DNA from: a virus
Direction: 5' to 3' (one strand)
Virus record (IMG/VR): IMGVR_UViG_3300008448_012223
DNA length: 64,000 nt
The translations under genes and the position numbers were made by a program. Below, piece after piece: positions 1 to 9,253 of the stretch. How positions within the stretch are numbered: the stretch's first letter is position 1; the number at the start of each line of letters is the position of its first letter. The notes beneath the pieces are model-generated. The model ran no database searches. It was given only the letters and a program-made list of their open reading frames with translations, and was not told the origin of the DNA.

Positions 1-60
1 TAATTGTCATTTTACTCCTAAGTATTTTGTTTTTGACGGATGATAACTAACTACTGATAA

Positions 61-249
61 CTAAAATTTAAACCAGTCAACTGTTGTTTTAGGTTTTGGC
101 AGTGTCGTCCAGTCTATAACCTTGCTAAGTTCGGCAATTAAAATTGTCCGATTCCATCGTTGTGTTGGAAGTCCATATTCAGATGCTAATTTTCTTAATT
201 CGGTCATTTTCAAAAAACTTAGTCGATAATGAGCTATATCCTGCAACAT
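61..249 (-). CDS. Small hypothetical protein, Rho-N/HeH-like helical motif
   Basis: 62-aa ORF with AGGAG-like RBS; LKMTELRKLASEYGL...LIAEL resembles Rho-N/HeH motifs. Confidence 0.5.
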   Translation of the reverse strand: MLQDIAHYRLSFLKMTELRKLASEYGLPTQRWNRTILIAELSKVIDWTTLPKPKTTVDWFKF

Positions 250-317
250 ATTTTTTACTCCTGTTAAGTTGTTGATAGCAACTAATAACTGATAACTGAT
301 AATTAATTGATTAGTTG

Positions 318-995
318 CTAATTGTCACAGACTACCCGAAAACCATTAGTGCAGTATTTGAAGTCACCGAAAGAGTTTATGCAAAACGTAGAGTCGCAAC
401 ATCCATCATGGGATAGATAGGAGCCACCCCGTAGTATTTCACTTTGACACCATTCGTAAACATTGCCACTCATATCGTATAATCCCCAAGCATTAGGTAA
501 TTTTTGTCCTACAGGATGAGTTGTGTCTTCAGAATTTCCACCATACCAAGCGTAATCTCCTGATTGGCGATAATTATTACCAAAATACCAGCGAGTAGTA
601 GTCCCCGCGCGGCAAGCATATTCCCACTCTGATTCTGTGGGTAAGCGGTAATTCTTACCAGTCACTTGACTTAGTTCTTGACAAAAAGCTATGGCATTGT
701 TATAACTAACACTTTCCACTGGATTCTGAGGATTGCCTTGAAAGTGGGAAGGATTAGTTCCTATTACCGCTTCATATTGTGCCTGAGTCACTGGATATTT
801 TCCTATTGCAAAAGTTGCGTCAGGAACTTTTACCATTTCAATCTGAATTGCGAGTTTAGGGTCCAAACCCGCAAGTTTAGCTAATTCAACCAGATCATCT
901 GTATCTGCATCAGCAAGACGCAGATGCAGTTCTTCAACTTCTCGAATAAAATCTGTATCACTCATTTTTGCTTCTAAATAATTGTTAGTTGACAA
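318..995 (-). CDS. FGE-sulfatase (SUMF1)/C-type lectin-fold protein with N-terminal extension
   Basis: Motifs KYPVTQ, NPVESVS, RLPTESEWEYACRAG, PNAWGLYDMSGNVYEWC, RGGS, GFRVV. The real start may be the second Met (MSDTDF). Confidence 0.9.
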   Translation of the reverse strand: MSTNNYLEAKMSDTDFIREVEELHLRLADADTDDLVELAKLAGLDPKLAIQIEMVKVPDATFAIGKYPVTQAQYEAVIGTNPSHFQGNPQNPVESVSYNNAIAFCQELSQVTGKNYRLPTESEWEYACRAGTTTRWYFGNNYRQSGDYAWYGGNSEDTTHPVGQKLPNAWGLYDMSGNVYEWCQSEILRGGSYLSHDGCCDSTFCINSFGDFKYCTNGFRVVCDN

Positions 996-1025
996 CTAAT
1001 AGCTGATAGCCAAGCGAACGCAGAG

Positions 1026-1733
1026 TTAAGAACTGTAATCATCTATGTGATCCAGAGACGTTTGAAAACCAGACCAGTATATAGCGGTCAGAAGCTTTCC
1101 TTTTTCCTCTTTAGTCTGTAGATTCTCTAGGTATTCTATTACTTCAAATAAAATCATGTCTTTATACGGTTCAGGCAACTGTGCTTCCCACATCTCCTCA
1201 GCTAATAGTATTGGTCTAATAGTTTCTGCCACTCGAAAACCGATACTGTCGTAGCGGCTGCCGCGGCGTATGTAGTCGATGCGAAACGAACGGAAGTTAA
1301 GAGGATCGGTGCAGTAGGAACCGCCTCGTATTACAACCTGCTGGCACCATTCCCAGACGTTGCCGCGCATATCATAAAGTCCCCAAGCATTGGGCTTCTT
1401 CTGTCCTACAGGATGAGTTGTCTGCTGAGAATTTCCTTTATACCAAGCATAATCTCCATAATAGTCGCTAGTTGTCCCCGCACGATAGGCATATTCCCAT
1501 TCAGCCTCCGTTGGTAAGCGATATTGTTTCCCTGTTGCTTTACTTAATTTCTGGCAAAAAGTTTCAGCATCATCATAGCTGACATTTTCTACTGGATTTT
1601 GAGGATTACCTTGAAAATAAGATGGATTAACTCCCATTACCGCCTGATATTGTACCTGAGTCACTGGATATTTGCCAATCCTAAAACTTTTAATTTCTTG
1701 ACTCGCTGGTATCTCTACCATTTTAATTGCCAT
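1026..1733 (-). CDS. FGE-sulfatase/CLec-fold protein with C-terminal helical extension
   Basis: RLPTEAEWEYA, NAWGLYDMRGNVWEWC, RGGS, GFRV; about 65-aa tail shared with 1805..2578. Confidence 0.9.
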   Translation of the reverse strand: MAIKMVEIPASQEIKSFRIGKYPVTQVQYQAVMGVNPSYFQGNPQNPVENVSYDDAETFCQKLSKATGKQYRLPTEAEWEYAYRAGTTSDYYGDYAWYKGNSQQTTHPVGQKKPNAWGLYDMRGNVWEWCQQVVIRGGSYCTDPLNFRSFRIDYIRRGSRYDSIGFRVAETIRPILLAEEMWEAQLPEPYKDMILFEVIEYLENLQTKEEKGKLLTAIYWSGFQTSLDHIDDYSS

Positions 1734-1804
1734 TTCTTACTCCTAAGTGCTTTATTTTAACAACTGATAGCTAACTTTTTGGGAGGGGCCCTACCCTAAT
1801 CATC

Positions 1805-2578
1805 TTAATCATCCAGACACGCTTGAAACCCTGACCAGTATATAGCAGTTATAAACTTCTCTTTTTCCTCTTTAGTCTGCATAGTCTCTAGATATTCTAC
1901 TACTTCAGATAAAATCATATCTTTATACGGTTCAGGTAACTGCGCTTCCCACATCTCTTCAGCTAATAGTGTTGGTCTAATAGTTTGTACTACCCGAAAA
2001 CCGCCATTGTTGAAGCGGAGCCCGCTGGGAGGGCTGCTGTCGCGATTCGCGGAACGGCATAAATAAGGAAGGTCGTTCCAGGAACCGCCCCGCAGACAAC
2101 CATCTTCACACCATTCCCAGACGTTGCCAATCATGTCATAGAGTCCCCAAGCATTAGGTAATTTTTGCCCTACAGGATGGGTTATCAGCCAAGCATTAGG
2201 TGATTTTGCTGCGCCTACAGGATAGGTTATCAGCCCAGAGTTGTCTTCGTACCAGGCGTAATCTCCTAATTGATTAGCATCATCTCCGAAATAATAGTCA
2301 GTAGTAGTCCCAGCACGACAGGCATATTCCCATTCCTCTTGTGTAGGGAGACGATACTTATGGCTAGTCACTCCATTTAATTTTATGCAAAAGGCTTGAG
2401 CGTCTTCCCAACTAACCATTTCTACTGGATTTTGCGGATTACCTTGAAAATAAGATGGATTAACTCCCATTACCGCCTGATATTGCTCCTGAGTCACTGG
2501 ATATTTACCAATCTCAAAACTACCGATTTTTTGATCCTGACTTGATGGTACCTCTACCATTTCAATTTTAATCATCAT
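1805..2578 (-). CDS. FGE-sulfatase/CLec-fold protein with C-terminal helical extension
   Basis: Same motif set; internal duplication LITYPVGAAKSPNAW/LITHPVGQKLPNAW. Confidence 0.9.
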   Translation of the reverse strand: MMIKIEMVEVPSSQDQKIGSFEIGKYPVTQEQYQAVMGVNPSYFQGNPQNPVEMVSWEDAQAFCIKLNGVTSHKYRLPTQEEWEYACRAGTTTDYYFGDDANQLGDYAWYEDNSGLITYPVGAAKSPNAWLITHPVGQKLPNAWGLYDMIGNVWEWCEDGCLRGGSWNDLPYLCRSANRDSSPPSGLRFNNGGFRVVQTIRPTLLAEEMWEAQLPEPYKDMILSEVVEYLETMQTKEEKEKFITAIYWSGFQACLDD

Positions 2579-2636
2579 TTTTACTCCTAGCTTTGTTTTT
2601 ACTGATAACTAATAACCAACTGACGCTAAAAGATAA

Positions 2637-2927
2637 TCAAAGCAACTTAAATCCTTTTTTTGTGCCTTTGTCCGATCCAAATTCTCGCACAGCACCTTTT
2701 AGGGATTCTCTTACAGAAGCCCTTGACATTCTAGACTTTTTCCCTAGTTCCCAATTGACTACACTTGCATTTCCACAAGCGTCAACACTTTCAAGACTCT
2801 CAAACCAACCGTCGTTTGTGTGAGCGTAAGATACCATTACAGCACCATTAGGAAACAGGGTGCCACTAAATTGATATTCAGTATCGTCAAAGTCTTTAGC
2901 GAGAAAAGTGACTTGTTGAATGATCAT
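2637..2927 (-). CDS. Hypothetical protein
   Basis: 96-aa ORF with the same leader style as its neighbours. Confidence 0.65.
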   Translation of the reverse strand: MIIQQVTFLAKDFDDTEYQFSGTLFPNGAVMVSYAHTNDGWFESLESVDACGNASVVNWELGKKSRMSRASVRESLKGAVREFGSDKGTKKGFKLL

Positions 2928-2956
2928 TATTTTTACTGCTGATAACTAATAATTGA

Positions 2957-3514
2957 CTAATTGTCACAGACTACCCGAAAACCGAGATTGTTGTTTTGGT
3001 AGTCGCGGCGATAGTTGTCGTAATGGCAGTAAGCGGAACGGCAGAGATCAGGATCGCTGTACCAAGAACCCCCCCGATTCACGCCGTCTTCGCACCACTC
3101 CCAAACATTGCCGCTCATGTCATAAAGTCCCCAAGCATTGGGTTTTTTCTGTCCCACAGAATGAGTTGTCCCCTGAGAATTTGCGTAATACCAAGCGTAA
3201 TCTTCTAATTGATTAGCATCATCACCGAAATAAAAGCGAGTAGTAGTCCCTGCACGACAAGCATACTCCCATTCCGCTTCTGTGGGGAGGCGATAGGTTT
3301 TCCCGGTTATTTGACTCAATTTTTGGCAAAAGGCTTGAGCATCATTCCAACTAACCTTTTCTACCGGATTTTGGGGATTGTTTTGAAACCGAGAGGGATT
3401 GTTTCCCATTACTGCTTCATATTGCGCCTGAGTAATTGGATATTTCCCAATCGCAAAACTACTAATTCCTTGATCCTGACTTGATGGTATCTCTACCATT
3501 TCAATTTTAATCAT
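2957..3514 (-). CDS. FGE-sulfatase/CLec-fold protein, DGR-like variable C-terminus
   Basis: Full motif set; ends GGSW-(26 codons)-GFRVVCDN. Confidence 0.9.
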   Translation of the reverse strand: MIKIEMVEIPSSQDQGISSFAIGKYPITQAQYEAVMGNNPSRFQNNPQNPVEKVSWNDAQAFCQKLSQITGKTYRLPTEAEWEYACRAGTTTRFYFGDDANQLEDYAWYYANSQGTTHSVGQKKPNAWGLYDMSGNVWEWCEDGVNRGGSWYSDPDLCRSAYCHYDNYRRDYQNNNLGFRVVCDN

Positions 3515-3558
3515 TATTTTTACTCCTAAGATATAACTGATAAATAATTGATTAGTAA

Positions 3559-4119
3559 CTAATTATCACAAACTACCCGAAAACCGTAAGCGTTGAAGTT
3601 GTCGTTGCGGCGGACGTTAAAGAAGTCGCGAATCGCGGTACGGCAGTTATTAGGAAAGTCGGCCCAGGAACCGCCCCGCAGCACAACTTCTTGGCACCAC
3701 TCCTCAATATTGCCGTGCATATCATAGAGTCCCCAAGCATTAGGTAATTTTTGCCCTACAGGATGGGTTGTTTCCTGAGAATTTCCCCAATACCAAGCGT
3801 AATCTCCTAATTGATTAGCATCATTACCAAAATAATAGACAGTATCAGTTCCCGCACGGCAAGCATACTCCCATTCCGCTTCTGTCGGTAAGCGATAAGT
3901 TTTGCCGGTCATTTCACTCAATTTCTGACAAAAAACTTGGGCATTGTTCCAACTTACACTTTCCACTGGATTTTGAGGATTGTCTTGAAACCAAGAGGGA
4001 TTGGTTCCCATTACTGCTTCATATTGTTCCTGAGTCACTGGATATTTACCAATCGCAAAACTACTGATTTTTTGATCCTGACTTGGTGGTACCTCTACCA
4101 TTTCAATTTTAATTGTCAT
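3559..4119 (-). CDS. FGE-sulfatase/CLec-fold protein, DGR-like variable C-terminus
   Basis: Full motif set; ends GGSW-(26 codons)-GFRVVCDN; RBS TAGGAG. Confidence 0.9.
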   Translation of the reverse strand: MTIKIEMVEVPPSQDQKISSFAIGKYPVTQEQYEAVMGTNPSWFQDNPQNPVESVSWNNAQVFCQKLSEMTGKTYRLPTEAEWEYACRAGTDTVYYFGNDANQLGDYAWYWGNSQETTHPVGQKLPNAWGLYDMHGNIEEWCQEVVLRGGSWADFPNNCRTAIRDFFNVRRNDNFNAYGFRVVCDN

Positions 4120-4354
4120 TTCTTACTCCTAGTTTTGTTTTTGATGGATGATAACTGATAACTGGAAACTGGCATCTAACTAATTTCTATACTGTCAGCA
4201 AAGCCATAAATATCCATAAAATGCTCTTTCCATTCCTCTGATTCATTTTTTAGTCGCTTATTTTCCTGTTGCAGTAGCCAAACCGAGGATTCTAAATCGT
4301 GAACTTTTTGTTTTAAGTTGCCAATCCATGCTTCGTTGTATTCTTTGCTCTGCT

Positions 4355-4873
4355 CTAATTCTTGATTTTTTTCTCCAGAATTTCATTTTTTGTTTCTAGT
4401 TCCTCAACTAATTTGCTTAAGGTAGAAGCTTTGGTATGTATAGTTTGTGAGTGGCGTATTAAACTAACAGTCCAATCATGCAGTCCAGAAGATTCATCTA
4501 TAGGTACAGGTTCAGGTTTACTCAGCAGCATATCGACACTGTCAGAGAGCGATAATTCATCATCGGTTTTTAATTTATTGTCAGATTCCTGATTTTCTGG
4601 CGTGTACTTGCAATAATCTAAATAGTCCCACAGGTCATAAGGAAAAAGAAACTCCCGAACTTCTTCACTAAAATCTTCTAGAGCGTCAAAAAGCTTTTGA
4701 GTATCATAACCTGCTAAGTAAACACCTTGTTTTTTGACAGTGAGGTAATCACCGTTATCAGTCACTGATAATATCACGTGGCCTCCCTCAAAATATCTTT
4801 GGTTAATTTCATTGAGATTGTTTTCGATACGCTTGATAAGCGTCGTTCTTTCGTAAAAATTAATAGAAGTCAT
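4355..4873 (-). CDS. Hypothetical protein
   Basis: 172-aa ORF with GAGG RBS and C-terminal coiled coil. Confidence 0.65.
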   Translation of the reverse strand: MTSINFYERTTLIKRIENNLNEINQRYFEGGHVILSVTDNGDYLTVKKQGVYLAGYDTQKLFDALEDFSEEVREFLFPYDLWDYLDYCKYTPENQESDNKLKTDDELSLSDSVDMLLSKPEPVPIDESSGLHDWTVSLIRHSQTIHTKASTLSKLVEELETKNEILEKKIKN

Positions 4874-4939
4874 GTCTTGTTACCTCTTGTGTGTTTGTTT
4901 ACTTGATCCTGTCTTACGATATTCTCCCAGAAATATCAA

Positions 4940-5140
4940 CTATTTGAGAGAATTATTTCTGTTAATCCCTTGCTTTTTGATTATCTCAGGATGCTTATCA
5001 CAGATTAAAGCTATTCTTGTCAGCGGTACGTCTGATAGAGAGTGATCTTGTAACTTAACAATATTTAAGACAGAAGATTTTAAAACTTCAAAATCTTCTG
5101 ATCTAAGAAACATAATTAAGATTATAAAGTTGCAAATCAC
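4940..5140 (-). CDS. Hypothetical protein
   Basis: 66-aa ORF overlapping the upstream stop. Confidence 0.4.
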   Translation of the reverse strand: MICNFIILIMFLRSEDFEVLKSSVLNIVKLQDHSLSDVPLTRIALICDKHPEIIKKQGINRNNSLK

Positions 5141-5730
5141 TCTTGAGGTAAAAAGAAAAATCCTTTAATTGATGGAAGACAATTAAAATTAACAGGCAAA
5201 AAAACAACTTTTATACCATCGCAATACCAGCCATCATCATGTAAAAAAGTAAATCTTTTATCAAGATTAGCACCTTTGGTATAAATACACTTACTTTTGA
5301 TGTACTCAAGTACATCTTGCGCTTTTTCTATGCAGTCATCAAAAGCTTTTTCTATTTGATGTGGTTGATATGGTCCGATAATAATTTCTTGACTATCGAC
5401 CCGGCAACATTCAGCGTAAAACTCCCCTAAGATACCGCTAAGACTAGGATGCAAGTAGATCGTTTCTTCATTTCTAGTAGCCGTAGCAGGAACGACAGCG
5501 ACAACAGAATCCGTCCAGACATCTTTTAAAGAACACCAAGAATCAAACTTAATATTATCTGTATCGACAAAACCTTGTTTGCTTAATGCCCATTTTATAG
5601 TTTTTTCACAGGGATTACCGTCTTCCCCGATAAAAGGAGGTTTTGCGTTCCACATATTAGCTAACGATACCGTTTTTGCGCCCAATCTTTTGTATATGTT
5701 CATAATCTTTGTTAATGCTAGTGTTAACAT
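5137..5730 (-). CDS. Hypothetical protein
   Basis: 197-aa ORF. Confidence 0.65.
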   Translation of the reverse strand: MLTLALTKIMNIYKRLGAKTVSLANMWNAKPPFIGEDGNPCEKTIKWALSKQGFVDTDNIKFDSWCSLKDVWTDSVVAVVPATATRNEETIYLHPSLSGILGEFYAECCRVDSQEIIIGPYQPHQIEKAFDDCIEKAQDVLEYIKSKCIYTKGANLDKRFTFLHDDGWYCDGIKVVFLPVNFNCLPSIKGFFFLPQE

Positions 5731-5771
5731 AAAACGGGAAATTATTCCCGTTTTGACTTAATTGCTTGTTA

Positions 5772-6047
5772 CTAAATGCTGTAAAAGTGATAGCCACCTT
5801 TTATAGCCTCTACGCTGAAATGAGCGTTATTGTGTTTGTAAGCATCGTATATCTCTTTCGCCGTCGGCAACTCTAGAGACAAATCAACTAAAGCCGTCAC
5901 GCTGTAGAGTGTGTCGTGGATGCCACGAGCTAAACCTCCCGCAGGAACCATAACTAGCTCTGAAACATAGATAGTGGTGTAATCTAGAACGTCAGTCATA
6001 TTATGACCGTGTTTTGTGTGAATAGCCTTTGTTATAAAACTAGCCAC
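5772..6047 (-). CDS. Hypothetical protein
   Basis: 91-aa ORF with a non-ATG start. Confidence 0.5.
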   Translation of the reverse strand: MASFITKAIHTKHGHNMTDVLDYTTIYVSELVMVPAGGLARGIHDTLYSVTALVDLSLELPTAKEIYDAYKHNNAHFSVEAIKGGYHFYSI

Positions 6048-6095
6048 GCATAGTTTTAGTTAGTGCGTGCCTGCCTAATACCTGCCTAATCCTGT

Positions 6096-6554
6096 ATGTG
6101 TAAATTACAATCAACGATGTCTCTTATGAGCCCACCAATTACTATAGTAATAACGGATACGCCCAGCGACCTCATCGCTGTAGATGGAGGTAATCTATCA
6201 GAGGCTGCTAGTGCTATTGGTATACGTGACAAGATAGGTAGCCTTCAGGGAGAACAGCGACTAAGTGCATTAGTGCTTAAAGATGTTCCTCCTGGCCCGC
6301 CTGGTCCGCCTCTATTAATTAAAGGTAATCTTAATTCTGCAGGCGATCTGCCTACTAACCCCTCTATAGGACATGGTTACCTAATTCAAGGTATTCTTTA
6401 CACTTGGTCGGGTATAGAGTGGATTAATGGCGGACAACTACAGGGCCCTATTGGGCTATCCGCTTATCAAGTAGCCCTGAGCAACGGTTTTGTTGGAACT
6501 GAACAAGACTGGCTAGAAAGCTTAAAAAAACAATGGAATAGCACTAACTGGTAG
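6096..6554 (+). CDS. Collagen-like phage tail/virion accessory protein
   Basis: PPGPPGPP, QGPIGLSAYQVA...GFVGTEQDWLESLK are typical of phage collagen-repeat fibre proteins. Confidence 0.7.
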   Translation: MCKLQSTMSLMSPPITIVITDTPSDLIAVDGGNLSEAASAIGIRDKIGSLQGEQRLSALVLKDVPPGPPGPPLLIKGNLNSAGDLPTNPSIGHGYLIQGILYTWSGIEWINGGQLQGPIGLSAYQVALSNGFVGTEQDWLESLKKQWNSTNW

Positions 6555-6559
6555 AATTT

Positions 6560-7132
6560 ATGACAACTTTTAAAGCATTTCGAGAAACGGCACTCCCTGG
6601 AACTCTTCAGCCTTATGCGATATATTTTGTAGCTCCGGCATCAAAGCCGAATTATGTCGAAATTTACGTTTCCGATGCTACTGGCTCTTCTGCCAAAAGA
6701 GTTCTCACTGACACTGATATTCAGGCATTAATTAACGCTTCGATTTCTGGTTTAGGCGGGGAAATGCCAGTCGTAGCTGATATAGCAGCAAGAAATGCTT
6801 TAGCTTCGACACTCACCAGAGACACTCAGGTTTTAGTGTTAAATGCAACTGGAGATTCCACAGTAACAAGTGGTGCAGCCACTTATTTGTACCGATTTTC
6901 TACGACTTCTTGGATTAAATTAAACGAAGCTGAATCAATGGATTTAGTTTTGCAGTGGGCAAATATTCAAGGTCGACCAACTAGCTCGGCTTCTGCTATT
7001 GATGCGGCCGTGAGTAATAGCCATACCCATACCAATAAAACTCAGCTTGATAAAATTGGGGAAAATGCTAATGGCTTGTTAACTTATAGCAATTTGCTTC
7101 CTACAACAGGCTGGAATAGTGTAGCTTGGTAA
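6560..7132 (+). CDS. Phage virion/fibre-associated protein
   Basis: VVADIAARNAL...YLYRFSTTSWIKL and HTHTNKTQLDKIGE...LLTY motifs seen in phage fibre modules; tight operon spacing. Confidence 0.6.
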   Translation: MTTFKAFRETALPGTLQPYAIYFVAPASKPNYVEIYVSDATGSSAKRVLTDTDIQALINASISGLGGEMPVVADIAARNALASTLTRDTQVLVLNATGDSTVTSGAATYLYRFSTTSWIKLNEAESMDLVLQWANIQGRPTSSASAIDAAVSNSHTHTNKTQLDKIGENANGLLTYSNLLPTTGWNSVAW

Positions 7133-7133
7133 G

Positions 7134-7634
7134 ATGAGTGAATTTAGAGCACAAAAAGTAATCAGCAGTTTGCCCGCGTTACAAGCAAATACTCTTTATT
7201 TTGTCAGAACGGGTGACGGGTTTGATTTATTTTGTAGTGATCAAACTGGTAGCGTTGCTCACAAACTAAACGATGGAGATGCACGCATTCAGCGAGAACC
7301 TTTTTTATTGCGAGGTGCAAACACTGGCAGTGTGGCCATTACTTTGCCTATTTTTTACACGGAGAATATAACGTTACTGAGGATTGTAAACGCTCAAAAT
7401 ACTTTAACAGGATCTAGCGGAAGTGCTGTAGTTAACCTGCTTTTTGGTAGTGGGGCGAGTTTTACTACGATTCCGGGATTAGGCAGCAGAACGATCACGA
7501 CAAGCCCTACGAATCATTCAGTTAGTGGTAATGGGCAATTAATCACTGCTGCTCAACAGATACGAATCGAATTTGCTTCTTTTACAAGTGGACCCGTTGA
7601 CGTTGGCTTAACATTTGAATATTCACGAGGATAA
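7134..7634 (+). CDS. Phage virion/fibre-associated protein
   Basis: N-terminus (LPALQANTLYFV) resembles that of the upstream gene; beta-rich. Confidence 0.55.
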   Translation: MSEFRAQKVISSLPALQANTLYFVRTGDGFDLFCSDQTGSVAHKLNDGDARIQREPFLLRGANTGSVAITLPIFYTENITLLRIVNAQNTLTGSSGSAVVNLLFGSGASFTTIPGLGSRTITTSPTNHSVSGNGQLITAAQQIRIEFASFTSGPVDVGLTFEYSRG

Positions 7635-7636
7635 TT

Positions 7637-8068
7637 ATGTCTAATAGCTTGACCGCTCAAAGTTTATTTTTAAATAGCCCTGATTATTTGGAAAGATACC
7701 AAATTGCTTTAACAAATGTAGCTGGGACTTTTAATGAAGTATCAACTAATCAAGCTTTCTTTGATAGCCAGATTAAGCCTAGCTTGATTAATGATCAATC
7801 CGTCAAGGTTTATGTTTACAAAAGGATTTTGTCAGAAATGATCGTTTTTAATCCTTATGTTAAGTTAAATGTAGCTAAGTTAGGCATGACCGCCGCTGTG
7901 TTCGGAGAAACCCCAAGACTTGCGGTTTCTGTTGATAATGAAGGGAAATTAAATCCGATTGCTGAATCGGCAATTTTACAAGCAGTGACAGAACAATTCA
8001 ATGACGACAATTTGTTATCTCAATTGTTAAGTCAAGATATCCTTAAAATAACAGCACTTTTTAACTAG
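7637..8068 (+). CDS. Hypothetical protein
   Basis: 143-aa ORF in the same operon. Confidence 0.65.
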   Translation: MSNSLTAQSLFLNSPDYLERYQIALTNVAGTFNEVSTNQAFFDSQIKPSLINDQSVKVYVYKRILSEMIVFNPYVKLNVAKLGMTAAVFGETPRLAVSVDNEGKLNPIAESAILQAVTEQFNDDNLLSQLLSQDILKITALFN

Positions 8069-8070
8069 CT

Positions 8071-8853
8071 ATGCTAATAATTGATGCCAGTCCTCAGTTA
8101 TTTAATCCTCTTATAGCCAGTCCTTTGCTGTGGCTAGATGGATTTGATTCAGCTACTTATTCAAATGGAATCTGGGCGGACAAAAGTGGATTTGGCAGAA
8201 ATTTTTCTGGCGGCTTTGTTAATTTTCGTCCAAGTTTTTTGTCAAACGGAATTAATAGCCGAGGAAGTTTATCTTTTGATGGGGTAAATGATCGTTTGCA
8301 AAGGATTCCTGAAGCATGGGCTTATCAATACCCACTCACGATATTTGTCCTCTTTCGGGCTTCAAGTTATGTGCCTTATAGTTCTTTGCTAGATTTTTAT
8401 GGAGATGTATCCGGTATTACCGCTGGGTATACTTTATTAATCAAAAATAACTTAAGAAGTGCGATTTATTGCACGAGTACGAGTGGACAACCTAATTATG
8501 ATGGCAGTGGAGCCGTGAGTTATTCTTTGAATGAAACTCACCTTTTTGTAGCCACAATTACTAATAATAGAATCGAATCTTGGGGGAATGGTGCTGCGGA
8601 CGGACTTTTTTCTTTCACCCAAACATTAAGGACTAATCTAGGAACCAGCCCTCTAATAATAGGAGCTAGTACTCTCTTTACTCGATACAATCCTGTTTTG
8701 AAAGCGACAGTATTTATTGTACCTAGTGATTTGAGTGCTACTAGAAGGCAAGTCCTTGAAGGGCATTTCGCCTGGGAAGCGGGAATAGGTTCGCGGCTTC
8801 CTACAAATCATCCTTTTAGGACGACTCGACCTTTACCTAGTAATTGGGTGTAA
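8071..8853 (+). CDS. LamG/concanavalin-A-like domain virion protein (putative receptor-binding)
   Basis: LWLDGFD...WADKSGFGRN, INSRGSLSFDG.ND.L and a terminal LE.HFAW..GI...LP.NHPF motif. Confidence 0.7.
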   Translation: MLIIDASPQLFNPLIASPLLWLDGFDSATYSNGIWADKSGFGRNFSGGFVNFRPSFLSNGINSRGSLSFDGVNDRLQRIPEAWAYQYPLTIFVLFRASSYVPYSSLLDFYGDVSGITAGYTLLIKNNLRSAIYCTSTSGQPNYDGSGAVSYSLNETHLFVATITNNRIESWGNGAADGLFSFTQTLRTNLGTSPLIIGASTLFTRYNPVLKATVFIVPSDLSATRRQVLEGHFAWEAGIGSRLPTNHPFRTTRPLPSNWV

Positions 8854-8938
8854 TGTATCTAATTTTAAATATCATCCCATCCACTTAATCCAGAAGACAT
8901 GATATAGCTGGTGACAATCTCAGGGTTAGAGGATTGAT

Positions 8939-9058
8939 AAAAAGGTACTTTCTGCAAATCAAAAACGCGCCTTCTCTACTTTTTCAGAAGCAATTCTGTC
9001 TAAGCAAGTAATCTCTGTGAACCAAGAATCCCCGCTCTAAAAAGACGGGGAGTGTCAG
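8939..9058 (+). mobile_element. Remnant right end of an IS200/IS605 (tnpB-type) element
   Basis: GTGAACCAAGAATCCCCG-CTCTAAAAAGA-CGGGGAGTGTCA subterminal hairpin; residual frame ends ...VNQESPL*, like cyanobacterial TnpB termini recalled from memory. No intact transposase. Confidence 0.6.
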
Positions 9059-9176
9059 TGCATGCTTCTAAACAGCGAGCAGTAGAGTGATATTCTAGAA
9101 GCAGATAGAATGCTTGATATAATGAATGCTAATCATACAGCCGCATAGGAAGATTATAGAGTAACTATCTGTTTAA

Positions 9177-9210
9177 TTAATAGCACACAAATTGACTCGT
9201 GTGCTATTAA
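9177..9210. promoter_or_regulatory. 12-bp inverted repeat upstream of the nuclease gene (operator/terminator)
   Basis: TTAATAGCACAC-10 nt-GTGTGCTATTAA is a perfect stem. Confidence 0.5.
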
Positions 9211-9253
9211 TAGTTGTATGCTATTATTAGAATAGTTACTTTAGAATTTAAAT

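Noticed and set aside
318-4119. Catalytic formylglycine-generating enzymes
   Set aside because: Truncated fold, and the region that carries the catalytic cysteines in FGE is the hypervariable segment here.
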